DNA from: Clostridia bacterium
GTDB lineage: Bacteria > Bacillota > Clostridia > Oscillospirales > CAG-272
DNA length: 42,042 nt
Direction of reading: 5' to 3'
Assembly (NCBI GenBank): GCA_017436885.1
Contig: JAFSCG010000215.1
Location: 1 to 42,042, forward strand
In this document: one piece after another, positions 1 to 8,391 of the stretch
Position numbering within the stretch: position 1 is the first letter of the stretch
How the letters are laid out: every line of letters begins with the position of its first letter
Translations under genes and position numbers: made by a program
The notes under the pieces: model-generated
Databases searched by the model: none
What the model saw: only the letters and a program-made list of their open reading frames with translations
Told to the model about the DNA's origin: nothing

Positions 1-97
1 ATTTCCTCCTTAATGCAAGTTAAATTTCTTGCTGCCGAAGTTCGGCGGCAGACCGGTGGTTAAAGCTCTTCTCGCTTTCCTTCCGGACGCGGGGAAT

Positions 98-283
98 TTA
101 CCAGCTTGCTTTTCTTACGCCGGGAATCTGACCCTTGTAAGCAAGCTCACGGAAGCAGATACGGCAGATGCCGTACTTGCGAAGGTAAGCGTGAGGACGG
201 CCGCAGATCTTGCAGCGGTTGTGCTCACGGGTGGAGAACTTCTGGGGTCTTGCACCCTTAAGAATCATAGACTTCTTTGCCAT
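98..283 (-). CDS. rpsN: 30S ribosomal protein S14, short zinc-binding type Z form (61 aa)
   Basis: The translation [16 protein letters not shown]...[38 protein letters not shown] is a textbook type-Z S14 with CxxC...CxxC. It follows rplE in spc-operon order. Confidence 0.95.
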   Translation of the reverse strand: MAKKSMILKGARPQKFSTREHNRCKICGRPHAYLRKYGICRICFRELAYKGQIPGVRKASW

Positions 284-297
284 TTCTTATTTCCCCC

Positions 298-837
298 TTA
301 CTTCGCAAAGGGAGCGCCCATAAGCTTGAGCAGCTCTCTTGCCTCTTCATCGGTATTAGCCGTGGTAACGAACGCAATGTCCATTCCGCGGATCTTGTCT
401 ACCTTGTCGTACTCGATCTCGGGGAACATAAGCTGCTCCTTGAGGCCGAGAGAGTAGTTTCCTCTACCGTCAAATCCGTCGGGATTGATACCCTTGAAGT
501 CACGAACGCGGGGCAGAGCTACGTTGAACAGACGGTCAACGAACTCGTACATACGATCGCCGCGAAGAGTTACCTTAACGCCAACCTTCATACCCTCACG
601 GATCTTGAAGTTAGCAACGGACTTCTTTGCAACGGTAGCAACGGGCTTCTGACCGGTGATCTGAGTGATCTCATCGATCACGTTGTCGATAACCTTTGCG
701 TTATCTTTTGCATCTCCGCAACCGACGTTAACGACGATCTTGGAAAGCTTCGGGATCTGCATCGGGCTCTTGTAAGCGAACTTCTTCATAAGAGCGGGTG
801 CAACGTCGTTGTTATAAATGTCTCTGTATCTAGCCAT
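298..837 (-). CDS. rplE: 50S ribosomal protein L5
   Basis: 179 aa. Conserved L5 motifs are present ([35 protein letters not shown]). Position between rplX and rpsN fits. Confidence 0.95.
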   Translation of the reverse strand: MARYRDIYNNDVAPALMKKFAYKSPMQIPKLSKIVVNVGCGDAKDNAKVIDNVIDEITQITGQKPVATVAKKSVANFKIREGMKVGVKVTLRGDRMYEFVDRLFNVALPRVRDFKGINPDGFDGRGNYSLGLKEQLMFPEIEYDKVDKIRGMDIAFVTTANTDEEARELLKLMGAPFAK

Positions 838-853
838 TATTCAGCACCCTCCA

Positions 854-1168
854 TTAAAGCTCTGCGCCGCACTTTGCGCAAACGCGAACCTTCTTGTCGC
901 CCTGCATAACGTGCTTTGCTCTAACGCCCTTGCCGCACTTGTTGCAGAAGAGCTGTACCTTACAAGCGTAAATTGCGCCTTCAACCTCGGTAATGCCGCC
1001 GGTCTCGCCCTGTCTGCGGGGCTTAACGTGCTTCTTTACCTTGTTGGCACCCTCAACGATTACCTTACCCTCCTTGGGGGATACGGCAATTACCTTGCCC
1101 TTGGTGCCCTTGCTGTTTCCGGAGATGACGATAACGGTGTCATCGGTTTTTACATGAACGTTTTTCAT
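854..1168 (-). CDS. rplX: 50S ribosomal protein L24 (with Cys4 C-terminus)
   Basis: 104 aa with a KOW-type N-terminus (VKTDDTVIVISGNSKGTKGKV). Position between rplN and rplE fits. Confidence 0.93.
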   Translation of the reverse strand: MKNVHVKTDDTVIVISGNSKGTKGKVIAVSPKEGKVIVEGANKVKKHVKPRRQGETGGITEVEGAIYACKVQLFCNKCGKGVRAKHVMQGDKKVRVCAKCGAEL

Positions 1169-1179
1169 CGTCTTCCTCC

Positions 1180-1548
1180 TTAAAGTACTTCAGGTGCCAG
1201 GGAGAGGATCTTCATGTAGTCTTTCTCACGAAGCTCTCTTGCCACAGGCCCGAAAATTCTGGTTCCTCTGGGGTTGTTGTCATCCTTTATGATAACTGCT
1301 GCGTTCTCATCAAACTTGATGTAAGAGCCATCGGCACGGCGAAGACCCTTAACGCTGCGGACGATAACCGCCTTTACGACGTCGCCCTTCTTAACTACTC
1401 CGCCGGGAGCAGCCTTCTTAACAGCACAGACAACAACATCACCGATGTTTGCATAACGTCTTCCGGTACCACCGAGAACACGGATGCACATCAGCTCTTT
1501 GGCGCCGGTGTTATCGGCGACCTTCATTAAGCTTTGCTGCTGTATCAC
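1180..1548 (-). CDS. rplN: 50S ribosomal protein L14
   Basis: 122 aa. [27 protein letters not shown]... is canonical L14. Confidence 0.96.
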   Translation of the reverse strand: MIQQQSLMKVADNTGAKELMCIRVLGGTGRRYANIGDVVVCAVKKAAPGGVVKKGDVVKAVIVRSVKGLRRADGSYIKFDENAAVIIKDDNNPRGTRIFGPVARELREKDYMKILSLAPEVL

Positions 1549-1603
1549 TTTGCGTTTCCTCCTTATTCAGCAGATTCTTTGACCTGCCTACTGTATTCGC
1601 TTC

Positions 1604-1870
1604 TTACTTCGCCTTCTCAATGATGGAAACGAGGCGCCAGTGCTTGGTAGCGGAAAGACGACGGGTCTCCATTACGAGAACCTTATCGCCGATGCCACAC
1701 TCGTTGTTCTCATCATGAGCATGCAGCTTTACGGTGCGCTTGATGATCTTGCCGTACTTAGGGTGCTTGATATTATCGCGGATAGCAACGACGATGGTCT
1801 TGTCCATCTTATCGGAAACTACCACGCCTACTCTGGTCTTGCGCAGTGCGCGCTCAGTTGTTTCGGTCAT
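1604..1870 (-). CDS. rpsQ: 30S ribosomal protein S17
   Basis: 88 aa with [19 protein letters not shown] and [17 protein letters not shown] motifs. Last gene of the S10 operon order. Confidence 0.93.
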   Translation of the reverse strand: MTETTERALRKTRVGVVVSDKMDKTIVVAIRDNIKHPKYGKIIKRTVKLHAHDENNECGIGDKVLVMETRRLSATKHWRLVSIIEKAK

Positions 1871-1883
1871 AATATCTCACCTC

Positions 1884-2072
1884 TCAAACATTTTTCTCGC
1901 TCATAACGGTCATAACGCGAGCGATGTCGCGCTTAACGTCTACGAGCTTGTGGGGATTGTCAAGCTGGTTGATCGCATGCTGGAAGCGAAGCGTGAACAG
2001 CTCGCTCTTGAGTTCCTTGAGCTTTGCTTCAAGCTGCTCTGTTGAAAGTTCTCTGAGTTCTGTTGCTTTCAC
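1884..2072 (-). CDS. rpmC: 50S ribosomal protein L29
   Basis: 62 aa. MKATELRELSTEQLEAKLKELKSELFTLRFQ is typical L29. Position between rplP and rpsQ fits. Confidence 0.92.
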   Translation of the reverse strand: MKATELRELSTEQLEAKLKELKSELFTLRFQHAINQLDNPHKLVDVKRDIARVMTVMSEKNV

Positions 2073-2075
2073 GGC

Positions 2076-2507
2076 TTATTCCTCCTCGGCTACGGCAGTG
2101 TCCTGCTTGGTCACAAACTTGCACTTAATGGGAAGCTTGTGAGATGCAAGACGCATTGCCTCTCTTGCTTGCTCCTCGGTAATGCCGTCCATCTCGAACA
2201 TGATTCTGCCCGGCTTAACAACGGCTACCCAGTACTCGGGAGAGCCCTTACCGGAACCCATTCGGGTCTCAGCAGGCTTCTCGGTGATGGGCTTATCGGG
2301 GAAAATTTTGATCCAGACCTGACCGCCACGGCGAACGTAACGGGTCATAGCAATACGGGCTGCTTCGATCTGGTTGCTGGTGATCCAGGCGGGTTCAAGA
2401 GCCATAAGGCCGAAGGAGCCGTTGGACACGGTGTTGCCGCGCATTGCCTTACCCTTGAGGCGGCCGCGCTGAACACGTCTGTATTTAACTCTTTTAGGCA
2501 TCAGCAT
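2076..2507 (-). CDS. rplP: 50S ribosomal protein L16
   Basis: 143 aa. [21 protein letters not shown]... is canonical L16. Confidence 0.96.
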   Translation of the reverse strand: MLMPKRVKYRRVQRGRLKGKAMRGNTVSNGSFGLMALEPAWITSNQIEAARIAMTRYVRRGGQVWIKIFPDKPITEKPAETRMGSGKGSPEYWVAVVKPGRIMFEMDGITEEQAREAMRLASHKLPIKCKFVTKQDTAVAEEE

Positions 2508-2509
2508 GG

Positions 2510-3286
2510 TTATCTCTGACCTCCCTGTCTGTTATTGCGGAAGTTACCGTCTCTGCGCTCACCACGGCGCTCTCCGCGGCGCTCGTCTCTCTTGCCGTCA
2601 AAGTTGCGGCGAGGAGGACGACGGTCGTCGCGACGGCTTCCGTCGGGACGGTTCACTTCATTAAGGACCTCACCCTTGTAGATCCAGCACTTAACGCCGA
2701 TCTTACCGTAGGTGGTATTTGCTTCCCAGAAACCGTAGTCGATGTCAGCACGAAGAGTCTGCATCGGGATGGTTCCCTCGTGATAGTGCTCTGCACGAGC
2801 GATCTCGGCACCGCCAAGACGACCGCTTACGGATACCTTGATACCGCGTGCGCCAAGGCGCATGGTGCGGCCGATAGCCTGCTTCATTGCACGGCGGAAG
2901 CTGGTTCTCTTCTCAAGCTGAGAAGCAATGCTCTCTGCTACGAGCTGAGCGTTGAGATCGGGAGACTTAACCTCCACAACATCAACGGTTACGGGCTTGC
3001 CGAGCATCTCGGTAAGTGTCTTCTTAAGTGCTTCGATGTCTGCACCGCCGCGGCCGATGATGATACCGGGCTTAGCGCAGTGAATGATAACACGAACTCT
3101 TACGTTGTCGCGCTCGATCTCGATCTTGGGAACGCCTGCTTCCTTGTGCTTTTCCTTAAGGAACTTTCTAACCTTATAGTCGGATACAAGGGTATCGCCG
3201 AAGACTTCGTCCTTAGCAAACCATCTCGAATCCCAGTCCTTGATCACGCCAACGCGCAATCCGTGCGGATTAACTTTCTGACCCAT
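2510..3286 (-). CDS. rpsC: 30S ribosomal protein S3 (with ~50-aa Arg/Gly/Asp-rich C-terminal tail)
   Basis: 258 aa. [24 protein letters not shown] plus KH-domain motifs. Operon position fits. Confidence 0.95.
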   Translation of the reverse strand: MGQKVNPHGLRVGVIKDWDSRWFAKDEVFGDTLVSDYKVRKFLKEKHKEAGVPKIEIERDNVRVRVIIHCAKPGIIIGRGGADIEALKKTLTEMLGKPVTVDVVEVKSPDLNAQLVAESIASQLEKRTSFRRAMKQAIGRTMRLGARGIKVSVSGRLGGAEIARAEHYHEGTIPMQTLRADIDYGFWEANTTYGKIGVKCWIYKGEVLNEVNRPDGSRRDDRRPPRRNFDGKRDERRGERRGERRDGNFRNNRQGGQR

Positions 3287-3304
3287 TTAACGTATCCTCC
3301 TTTC

Positions 3305-3640
3305 TCAGTCTCTTTCCTTAACGGAAATGGTAACATGGCTGGTTCTCTTGTTTATTCTGTAGGCTCTGCCCTGTGCTCTCGGCATAATTCTCTTCTGAAT
3401 GGGGCCGGGGCAGCAGAAGCACTCTGCTACGTAAAGCTTGGAAACGTCCATGTTGAAATTGTGATCTGCATTTGCGACCGCGCTGTTGAGAAGCTTAAGG
3501 AGATACTCGGAAGCACTCTTGGGAGTGTTCTTGAGTATTGCTCTTGCTTCAGCGACGTCCTTGCCTCTGATGAGGTCAAGCACGATCCCTACCTTGCGCG
3601 GAGATATTCTTGCATATTTAAGATAAGCTCTTGCTTCCAT
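3305..3640 (-). CDS. rplV: 50S ribosomal protein L22
   Basis: 111 aa. YARISPRKVGIVLDLIRGK and GRAYRINKRTSHVTI motifs. Confidence 0.93.
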   Translation of the reverse strand: MEARAYLKYARISPRKVGIVLDLIRGKDVAEARAILKNTPKSASEYLLKLLNSAVANADHNFNMDVSKLYVAECFCCPGPIQKRIMPRAQGRAYRINKRTSHVTISVKERD

Positions 3641-3684
3641 TATTATGGTTTTCCTCCGTATAGATTTGGGATGCGGCGCGCCGC

Positions 3685-3966
3685 TTATTTACCGTTGTTC
3701 GAGGTCTTCGAACCGGCGTGGCCTTTGAATGTGCGTGTGGGAGCGAACTCTCCGAGTCTGTGTCCTACCATATCCTCGGTGATGTAAACCGGGAAATGCT
3801 TTCTGCCGTCATGCACTGCGATAGTGTGACCAACGAAATCGGGGTAGATTACGGAAGCGCGGGACCAGGTCTTGAGAACCTTCTTCTCGTTCTTCTCGTT
3901 CATAGCGCAAACTCTGGAGTAAAGCTTCTCCTCGACAAAGGGTGCTTTTTTCAAGCTTCTGCTCAT
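3685..3966 (-). CDS. rpsS: 30S ribosomal protein S19
   Basis: 93 aa. [11 protein letters not shown]..., [22 protein letters not shown] motifs. Confidence 0.95.
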   Translation of the reverse strand: MSRSLKKAPFVEEKLYSRVCAMNEKNEKKVLKTWSRASVIYPDFVGHTIAVHDGRKHFPVYITEDMVGHRLGEFAPTRTFKGHAGSKTSNNGK

Positions 3967-3983
3967 TTTTTCGTCTCCTCCGT

Positions 3984-4811
3984 TTACCTATCGTTGCGAC
4001 GCTTAACAATGAACTTGTTGGTACGCGCCTTCTTGTTTCTGGTCTTGTATCCGAGTGCGGGCTTGCCCCAAGGAGTTACAGGGGAAGGACGACCGATGGG
4101 GGAACGGCCCTCACCACCACCGTGGGGGTGATCGCAGGGGTTCATTACGGAACCGCGAACTGTAGGACGGATACCTCTGTGGCGGGTCTTACCTGCCTTA
4201 CCGAGCTTAACGGTATCGTGCTCGATGTTTCCTACCTGACCGATAGTTGCCTTGCAGTCAAGACGGATGATGCGAACCTCGCCGGAGGGAAGACGAACCT
4301 GAGCAACGCCGTTCTCCTTAGCCATCAGCTGTGCAGCTGCGCCTGCGGAGCGAACGAGCTGGCCGCCCTTGCCGGGGTAAAGCTCGATGTTGTGGATGAA
4401 GGTACCAACGGGGATATTAGCGATGGGCAGAGTGTTGCCGGGCTTGATATCCGCGTCCGCACCGGAGTACAGTACATCGCCGTTGGTAACACCGGTAGGA
4501 GCGATGATGTAGCTCTTCTCGCCGTTCTCGTTCTGGAGAAGTGCGATGTAAGCGGTACGGTTGGGGTCGTACTCAACGCCGATAACGGTGTTTGCACCTG
4601 CGTTTACACGCTTGAAATCAACGATTCTGTACTTAACCTTGTTTCCGCCGCCCTTGTGACGAACGGTGATTCTTCCGTAGGAGTTGCGTCCTGCGTTCTT
4701 CTTCTTGATCTCGATAAGGCTCTTCTCGGGAGAGAACTTGGTGACCTCAGCAAAGCTGGGCGCACTCATATGTCTTCTCGAGGGAGTCGTAGGCTTATAA
4801 TTGTTTGCCAT
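3984..4811 (-). CDS. rplB: 50S ribosomal protein L2
   Basis: 275 aa. [16 protein letters not shown] and [16 protein letters not shown] motifs. Confidence 0.96.
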   Translation of the reverse strand: MANNYKPTTPSRRHMSAPSFAEVTKFSPEKSLIEIKKKNAGRNSYGRITVRHKGGGNKVKYRIVDFKRVNAGANTVIGVEYDPNRTAYIALLQNENGEKSYIIAPTGVTNGDVLYSGADADIKPGNTLPIANIPVGTFIHNIELYPGKGGQLVRSAGAAAQLMAKENGVAQVRLPSGEVRIIRLDCKATIGQVGNIEHDTVKLGKAGKTRHRGIRPTVRGSVMNPCDHPHGGGEGRSPIGRPSPVTPWGKPALGYKTRNKKARTNKFIVKRRNDR

Positions 4812-4827
4812 TTTGTCTTCCTCCCAC

Positions 4828-5124
4828 TCAGTTCATGCTGTCAAAGAACGCAATGCTCTTCGACGAGGGCTTGAGGGTGACGATCGCTTTTTTCCACGCG
4901 GAGGTATAACCTGCGTGAACACCGAGTCTCTTCGGCTTCTTCTTAACGTTGATGGTGTTAACGGATGCAACCTCAACACCGAACATTTCTTCAACAGCCT
5001 TAGCGATCTCAGACTTGGTTGCATTGCTCTGTACACGGAAAGTGTAACGCTTAGCGTCGAGAGTAGCCATGCTCTTTTCGGTAATAACCGGCTTGATGAT
5101 AATATCCTGAATTGCCTTCATCAC
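4828..5124 (-). CDS. rplW: 50S ribosomal protein L23
   Basis: 98 aa. KPVITEKSM...YTFRV... motif. ATGA start/stop overlap with rplD. Confidence 0.92.
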   Translation of the reverse strand: MMKAIQDIIIKPVITEKSMATLDAKRYTFRVQSNATKSEIAKAVEEMFGVEVASVNTINVKKKPKRLGVHAGYTSAWKKAIVTLKPSSKSIAFFDSMN

Positions 5125-5744
5125 GCATAGACCTCCTCAATCTTCTTTACCGCATCCTCGGCAATTACGAGCTTGCCGCAGTTGAGAACGTCGTATACGT
5201 TGAGGGTGTTGAACTGTGTAGTCTTAACACCGGCAATGTTTGCGAAGCTCTTAACGGTCTTTTCGTCGTTGTTTGCAAGAACTACGAGAGCCTTGCCCTC
5301 AGCACCGATAGCAGTAAGCATGCTTACCATGGTCTTGGTGCTGAACTTTTCGGTAGCGATGCTGTCAACCACGATGAACTCACCGCCTGCAACCTTGGAG
5401 GAAAGTGCTCCGAAGAGGGCGCTGCGGCGAACCTTGCGGTTGAGAGTTACGCGATAATCACGGGGCTTCGGGCCGAGAGCCACACCACCGTGTGTCCACT
5501 GGGGAGATCTGGTGGAACCCTGACGGGCACGACCGGAACCCTTCTGCTTCCAGGGCTTCTTTCCGCCGCCGGAAACCTCGGTGCGGGTAAGAGTGGACTG
5601 AGTGCCCTGTCTCTGGTTCATGAGAAATGCTCTGACAGCAGTGTGGAGGACTGCCGCTTTAACCTCGGCGCCGAACACCTTGTCGGAAAGCTCGAGGGAA
5701 CGAACTTCCTTACCTGTCATGTCAACAACTTTTACAACTGGCAT
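5121..5744 (-). CDS. rplD: 50S ribosomal protein L4
   Basis: 207 aa. [25 protein letters not shown] motif. Confidence 0.94.
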   Translation of the reverse strand: MPVVKVVDMTGKEVRSLELSDKVFGAEVKAAVLHTAVRAFLMNQRQGTQSTLTRTEVSGGGKKPWKQKGSGRARQGSTRSPQWTHGGVALGPKPRDYRVTLNRKVRRSALFGALSSKVAGGEFIVVDSIATEKFSTKTMVSMLTAIGAEGKALVVLANNDEKTVKSFANIAGVKTTQFNTLNVYDVLNCGKLVIAEDAVKKIEEVYA

Positions 5745-5761
5745 TCTAGTATCCTCCTTCC

Positions 5762-6394
5762 TTATGCTTTAACAGAGTCGCGGATGAATACGATGCCGCC
5801 CTTGGCACCGGGAACCGCGCCCTTAACGGCAATGAGATTCTTCTCGGCGTCGATCTTAACAACCGCAAGGTTGAGGATCGTTACCTGCTCGTTACCGTAC
5901 TGTCCTGCCATTTTCTTGTTCTTAAATACTCTGGAGGGAGTGGAGTTTGCACCCATAGAGCCGACCTGACGGTGGATAGGACCGGTACCGTGGGTCATTC
6001 TGAGTATGTGATGTCCCCATCTCTTAACAGCACCGGTGTATCCGCGTCCCTTTGTTATACCGGTGATGTCGACCTTCTCGCCTGCAGCGAAGGTGTCGAC
6101 GGATATAACATCGCCAACGTTGAACTTCTCGGTGTCAGCAAGTCTGAATTCCTTCAGATGCTTCTTGGGGGTGATGCCCGCCTTCTTGAGGTGGGTGAGC
6201 TCGGGACGGTTGATGTGCTTCTCCTTAACATCCTCGTATGCGAGCTGAACTGCCGCATAACCGTCGCGATCGACCGTCTTCTTCTGAGAAACGAAGCAGG
6301 GACCTGCCTCGATAACGGTCACGGGGATGACTTCACCGTTCTCGCCGAACAGCTGAGTCATACCAAGCTTTTTGCCGATGATTGCCTTATTCAT
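5762..6394 (-). CDS. rplC: 50S ribosomal protein L3
   Basis: 210 aa. IGKKLGMTQLF...VIPVTVIEAGPC and GITKGRGYTGAVKRWG motifs. Confidence 0.95.
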   Translation of the reverse strand: MNKAIIGKKLGMTQLFGENGEVIPVTVIEAGPCFVSQKKTVDRDGYAAVQLAYEDVKEKHINRPELTHLKKAGITPKKHLKEFRLADTEKFNVGDVISVDTFAAGEKVDITGITKGRGYTGAVKRWGHHILRMTHGTGPIHRQVGSMGANSTPSRVFKNKKMAGQYGNEQVTILNLAVVKIDAEKNLIAVKGAVPGAKGGIVFIRDSVKA

Positions 6395-6491
6395 TGTAAC
6401 CTATTTCCTCCTTTTCGGTTATTGGTTGGCGTTTGGATTTCCGCTTTGCGGTACGCCAACTTGACCAAAAGGTCAATGAATGCGATTTGAC

Positions 6492-6803
6492 TTAGGACTT
6501 GATTTCCATCTCAACGCCCGCAGGGAGCTCGATAGCAAACAGAGCGTCTGCAACCTTGCTGGTGGGGTTGACGATGTCAATCAGTCTCTTGTGAGAGCGG
6601 AGCTCGAACTGCTCGCGGCTGTCCTTGTACTTGTGAACCGCACGAAGGATAGTGGTGATCTCCTTCTCCGTGGGGAGCGGTACGGGACCGGATACAGTTG
6701 CGCCGTTTCTCTTTGCGACCTCAACGATCTTCTGAGCTGCGGCGTCGATGAGCTTGTGGTCGTAGCTCTTCAGACGAACTCTGATCTTCTGGTTGACTGC
6801 CAT
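6492..6803 (-). CDS. rpsJ: 30S ribosomal protein S10
   Basis: 103 aa. [24 protein letters not shown]...[10 protein letters not shown] motif. First gene of the S10 operon. Confidence 0.96.
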   Translation of the reverse strand: MAVNQKIRVRLKSYDHKLIDAAAQKIVEVAKRNGATVSGPVPLPTEKEITTILRAVHKYKDSREQFELRSHKRLIDIVNPTSKVADALFAIELPAGVEMEIKS

Positions 6804-6877
6804 GCCTTTGCCTCCTTATATTATTTGGTAAAAAGTTGGGCGATCAACCGCTTGCACACCGTTCCGTGTGTTTCATT

Positions 6878-6925
6878 CGCCTTCAACAAAAAACGGTATT
6901 CTTCGCATAGTGGACTGCGAAGAAT
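6878..6925 (-). promoter_or_regulatory. Terminator-like hairpin (possible attenuator) inside the S10 operon leader
   Basis: On the minus strand, ATTCTTCGCA (6925-6916) pairs with TGCGAAGAAT (6907-6898) across an 8-nt loop. It is followed by ACCGTTTTTTGTTG. It lies about 75 nt upstream of the rpsJ ATG and downstream of the predicted promoter. Confidence 0.45.
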
Positions 6926-7039
6926 CCGGGAAAGCGACTTTTTGCGGGTTGCTTGCTGTCGCCCGGTCAACGGACATACTCCACGAAAATTACCCGCTTT
7001 CGCGGCAACCTTTCGCTTCTACGCATATCAAGCGGAACT

Positions 7040-7068
7040 ATTATAGCAAATATATCTTGGCTTTTCAA
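7040..7068 (-). promoter_or_regulatory. Sigma-A/sigma-70-type promoter of the S10 ribosomal operon
   Basis: The minus strand reads TTGAAA (7068-7063), a 17-nt spacer, then TATAAT (7045-7040). An A/T-rich UP-like tract at 7069-7110 precedes it. Confidence 0.6.
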
Positions 7069-7110
7069 GATTTTTTCAAAAAAATACCCAAAAATTTTTA
7101 GTAGAAAAAA

Positions 7111-7160
7111 CGTAGAAAAATCCGCCCTCAAACTGTGCAACTTGCACAATTTGAGGGCGG
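7111..7160 (-). terminator. Rho-independent terminator ending the phage-like operon
   Basis: Arms 7122-7140 and 7142-7160 (CCGCCCTCAAACTGTGCAA / TTGCACAATTTGAGGGCGG) form a stem of about 17 bp with one mismatch. On the minus strand it is followed by ATTTTTCTACGTTTTTT. It lies 41 nt after the stop of the 288-aa ORF. A second small hairpin at 7169-7188 lies in between. Confidence 0.7.
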
Positions 7161-7200
7161 ACCCTATCGTTGCCTCACGGGAGGCGACATAATGCTTTTG

Positions 7201-8067
7201 CTATCCGAGAAAATGGAAGATATCCGTGATCTCCTCGGCAAAATCGGGATAGATGTTGAGCAACGCGTTGTAGTACTTCTCGTATCTGTCCACGTAATAG
7301 TCGTTTGGGTATATTTCGTCCCAAGGACCGCTCATCTCCTTTTCCGCAAGCTCCTTTTGCAGAGCCTCCTTGCGCTTTTCCGTTTCATCCCTCAGCTTTG
7401 CGGAGTATACGTCATAAGCCAGACCCGCAGACGCCTCTGCGCTGTTATCCGCATCGGAGATAAGGCCGGACTGAGATACGTACATTCCGTCAAGGATAGA
7501 AAGCAAGCGTCCCACGCGCTCTCCCTCGGCCTTTTGTGCTGCCTCCTCCCCTGCAGTCAGATAATCGCTCAACTGACGGTGTGCATTTGCAGCCGCATAG
7601 CTGTCCATATTGCCGCCGTTTGACGAAGCAACAGAAGCCACTGCGTTTTCAGCGGCTCTTTCGCCCATATTGCGAAAACGCCCCAGTACCGCCTCACTTC
7701 CCTCGGAAAGCTCTCCATCCTTCGCTTCGTCATACAGCTCGCCGTATTTGGCGCGAAGACTATCGTAAAGCTCGGTGCGTCGCTGATCAAGGGCGCTTTT
7801 TTTCGCCGAGGCCGATGCAAGCTCCTTTGCCTCGTCATATTCGCCTTCGTTTTTTTCCAGAGCATCCAGATATTCAAGCGCCTCTCCGTAATCGGACTGT
7901 TCCAGCTTGTCGGCAATTTCCGAATATCCGTTGTTTCTCAGTTCATCGTAATAGTACAGGGCACGCTCGTGATATTCGTCGCCGCTTTTGCCCGAGGCAA
8001 CCGCCGTGCCCCACTTTCCCTTATTTCGAACGATCTGAGCCGCCGCCTTATAAGGATCGTATGCCAT
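7201..8067 (-). CDS. Hypothetical acidic, helix-rich protein (288 aa), last gene of the phage-like operon
   Basis: Intact ORF with ATG at 8067 preceded by AAGGAAGGAAAAACGT. Rich in D/E/Y/A, with no TM segment or motif I recognise. Terminator follows. Confidence 0.6.
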   Translation of the reverse strand: MAYDPYKAAAQIVRNKGKWGTAVASGKSGDEYHERALYYYDELRNNGYSEIADKLEQSDYGEALEYLDALEKNEGEYDEAKELASASAKKSALDQRRTELYDSLRAKYGELYDEAKDGELSEGSEAVLGRFRNMGERAAENAVASVASSNGGNMDSYAAANAHRQLSDYLTAGEEAAQKAEGERVGRLLSILDGMYVSQSGLISDADNSAEASAGLAYDVYSAKLRDETEKRKEALQKELAEKEMSGPWDEIYPNDYYVDRYEKYYNALLNIYPDFAEEITDIFHFLG

Positions 8068-8094
8068 ACGTTTTTCCTTCCTTTATATAATATA

Positions 8095-8391
8095 TCATTC
8101 TTTTTCAGCCAAACTGTCTGATGATTGCAAGTCAAGCTCAAGCACGCATCCCTCGATCACGGCGTCTACCGCATCGCAAAGATGCACCCCCGCCGACGCA
8201 AGTATCCTGCGCACGTATTCCTTTTTGTCAAGCTTCTCTCGCTCCGACAGCTTTTCTGCTGCCTCCACCGCCTTTTTCACGATGGAGTATAAGCGCTTCT
8301 CCTTCAGCCACGGAACAAGATAATAAGCCACCACCAAGGCAACCGCCCCTACAGCAAGCTCCGCAAGCAAGCTTAATACCTGCTCCATCAT
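8095..8391 (-). CDS. Putative holin, LL-H-family-like (98 aa, single N-terminal TM)
   Basis: N-terminal hydrophobic helix LLAELAVGAVALVVAYYLVPWL followed by a charged region. The C-terminal part KKEYVRRILASAGVHLCDAVDAVIEGCVLEL resembles the LL-H holin family pattern. ATGA overlap with the lysin stop. Confidence 0.55.
   Translation of the reverse strand: MMEQVLSLLAELAVGAVALVVAYYLVPWLKEKRLYSIVKKAVEAAEKLSEREKLDKKEYVRRILASAGVHLCDAVDAVIEGCVLELDLQSSDSLAEKE

Noticed and set aside
11-97. An imperfect hairpin (CTGCCGAA / TTCGG-CGG-CAG) in the 87-nt spacer after rpsN, upstream of the RBS of the next gene (off the window, presumably rpsH).
   Set aside because: The stem is short and has a 3-nt bulge. 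There is not enough signal to call a regulatory element, and part of the context lies outside the window.
7079-7096. An 11-nt match, CAAAAATTTTT, present near both ends of the phage-like block (7079-7096 and 20891-20908). It could be taken for attL/attR.
   Set aside because: It is a low-complexity, palindromic A/T run inside AT-rich promoter and terminator tracts, too short and too likely to arise by chance. No integrase is present to use it.
6868-7192. Three small ORFs (60-79 aa, both strands) between rpsJ and the phage-like operon.
   Set aside because: They cover the S10 promoter, leader and terminator region, have no RBS, and give odd translations. The region is better explained as regulatory RNA and DNA.
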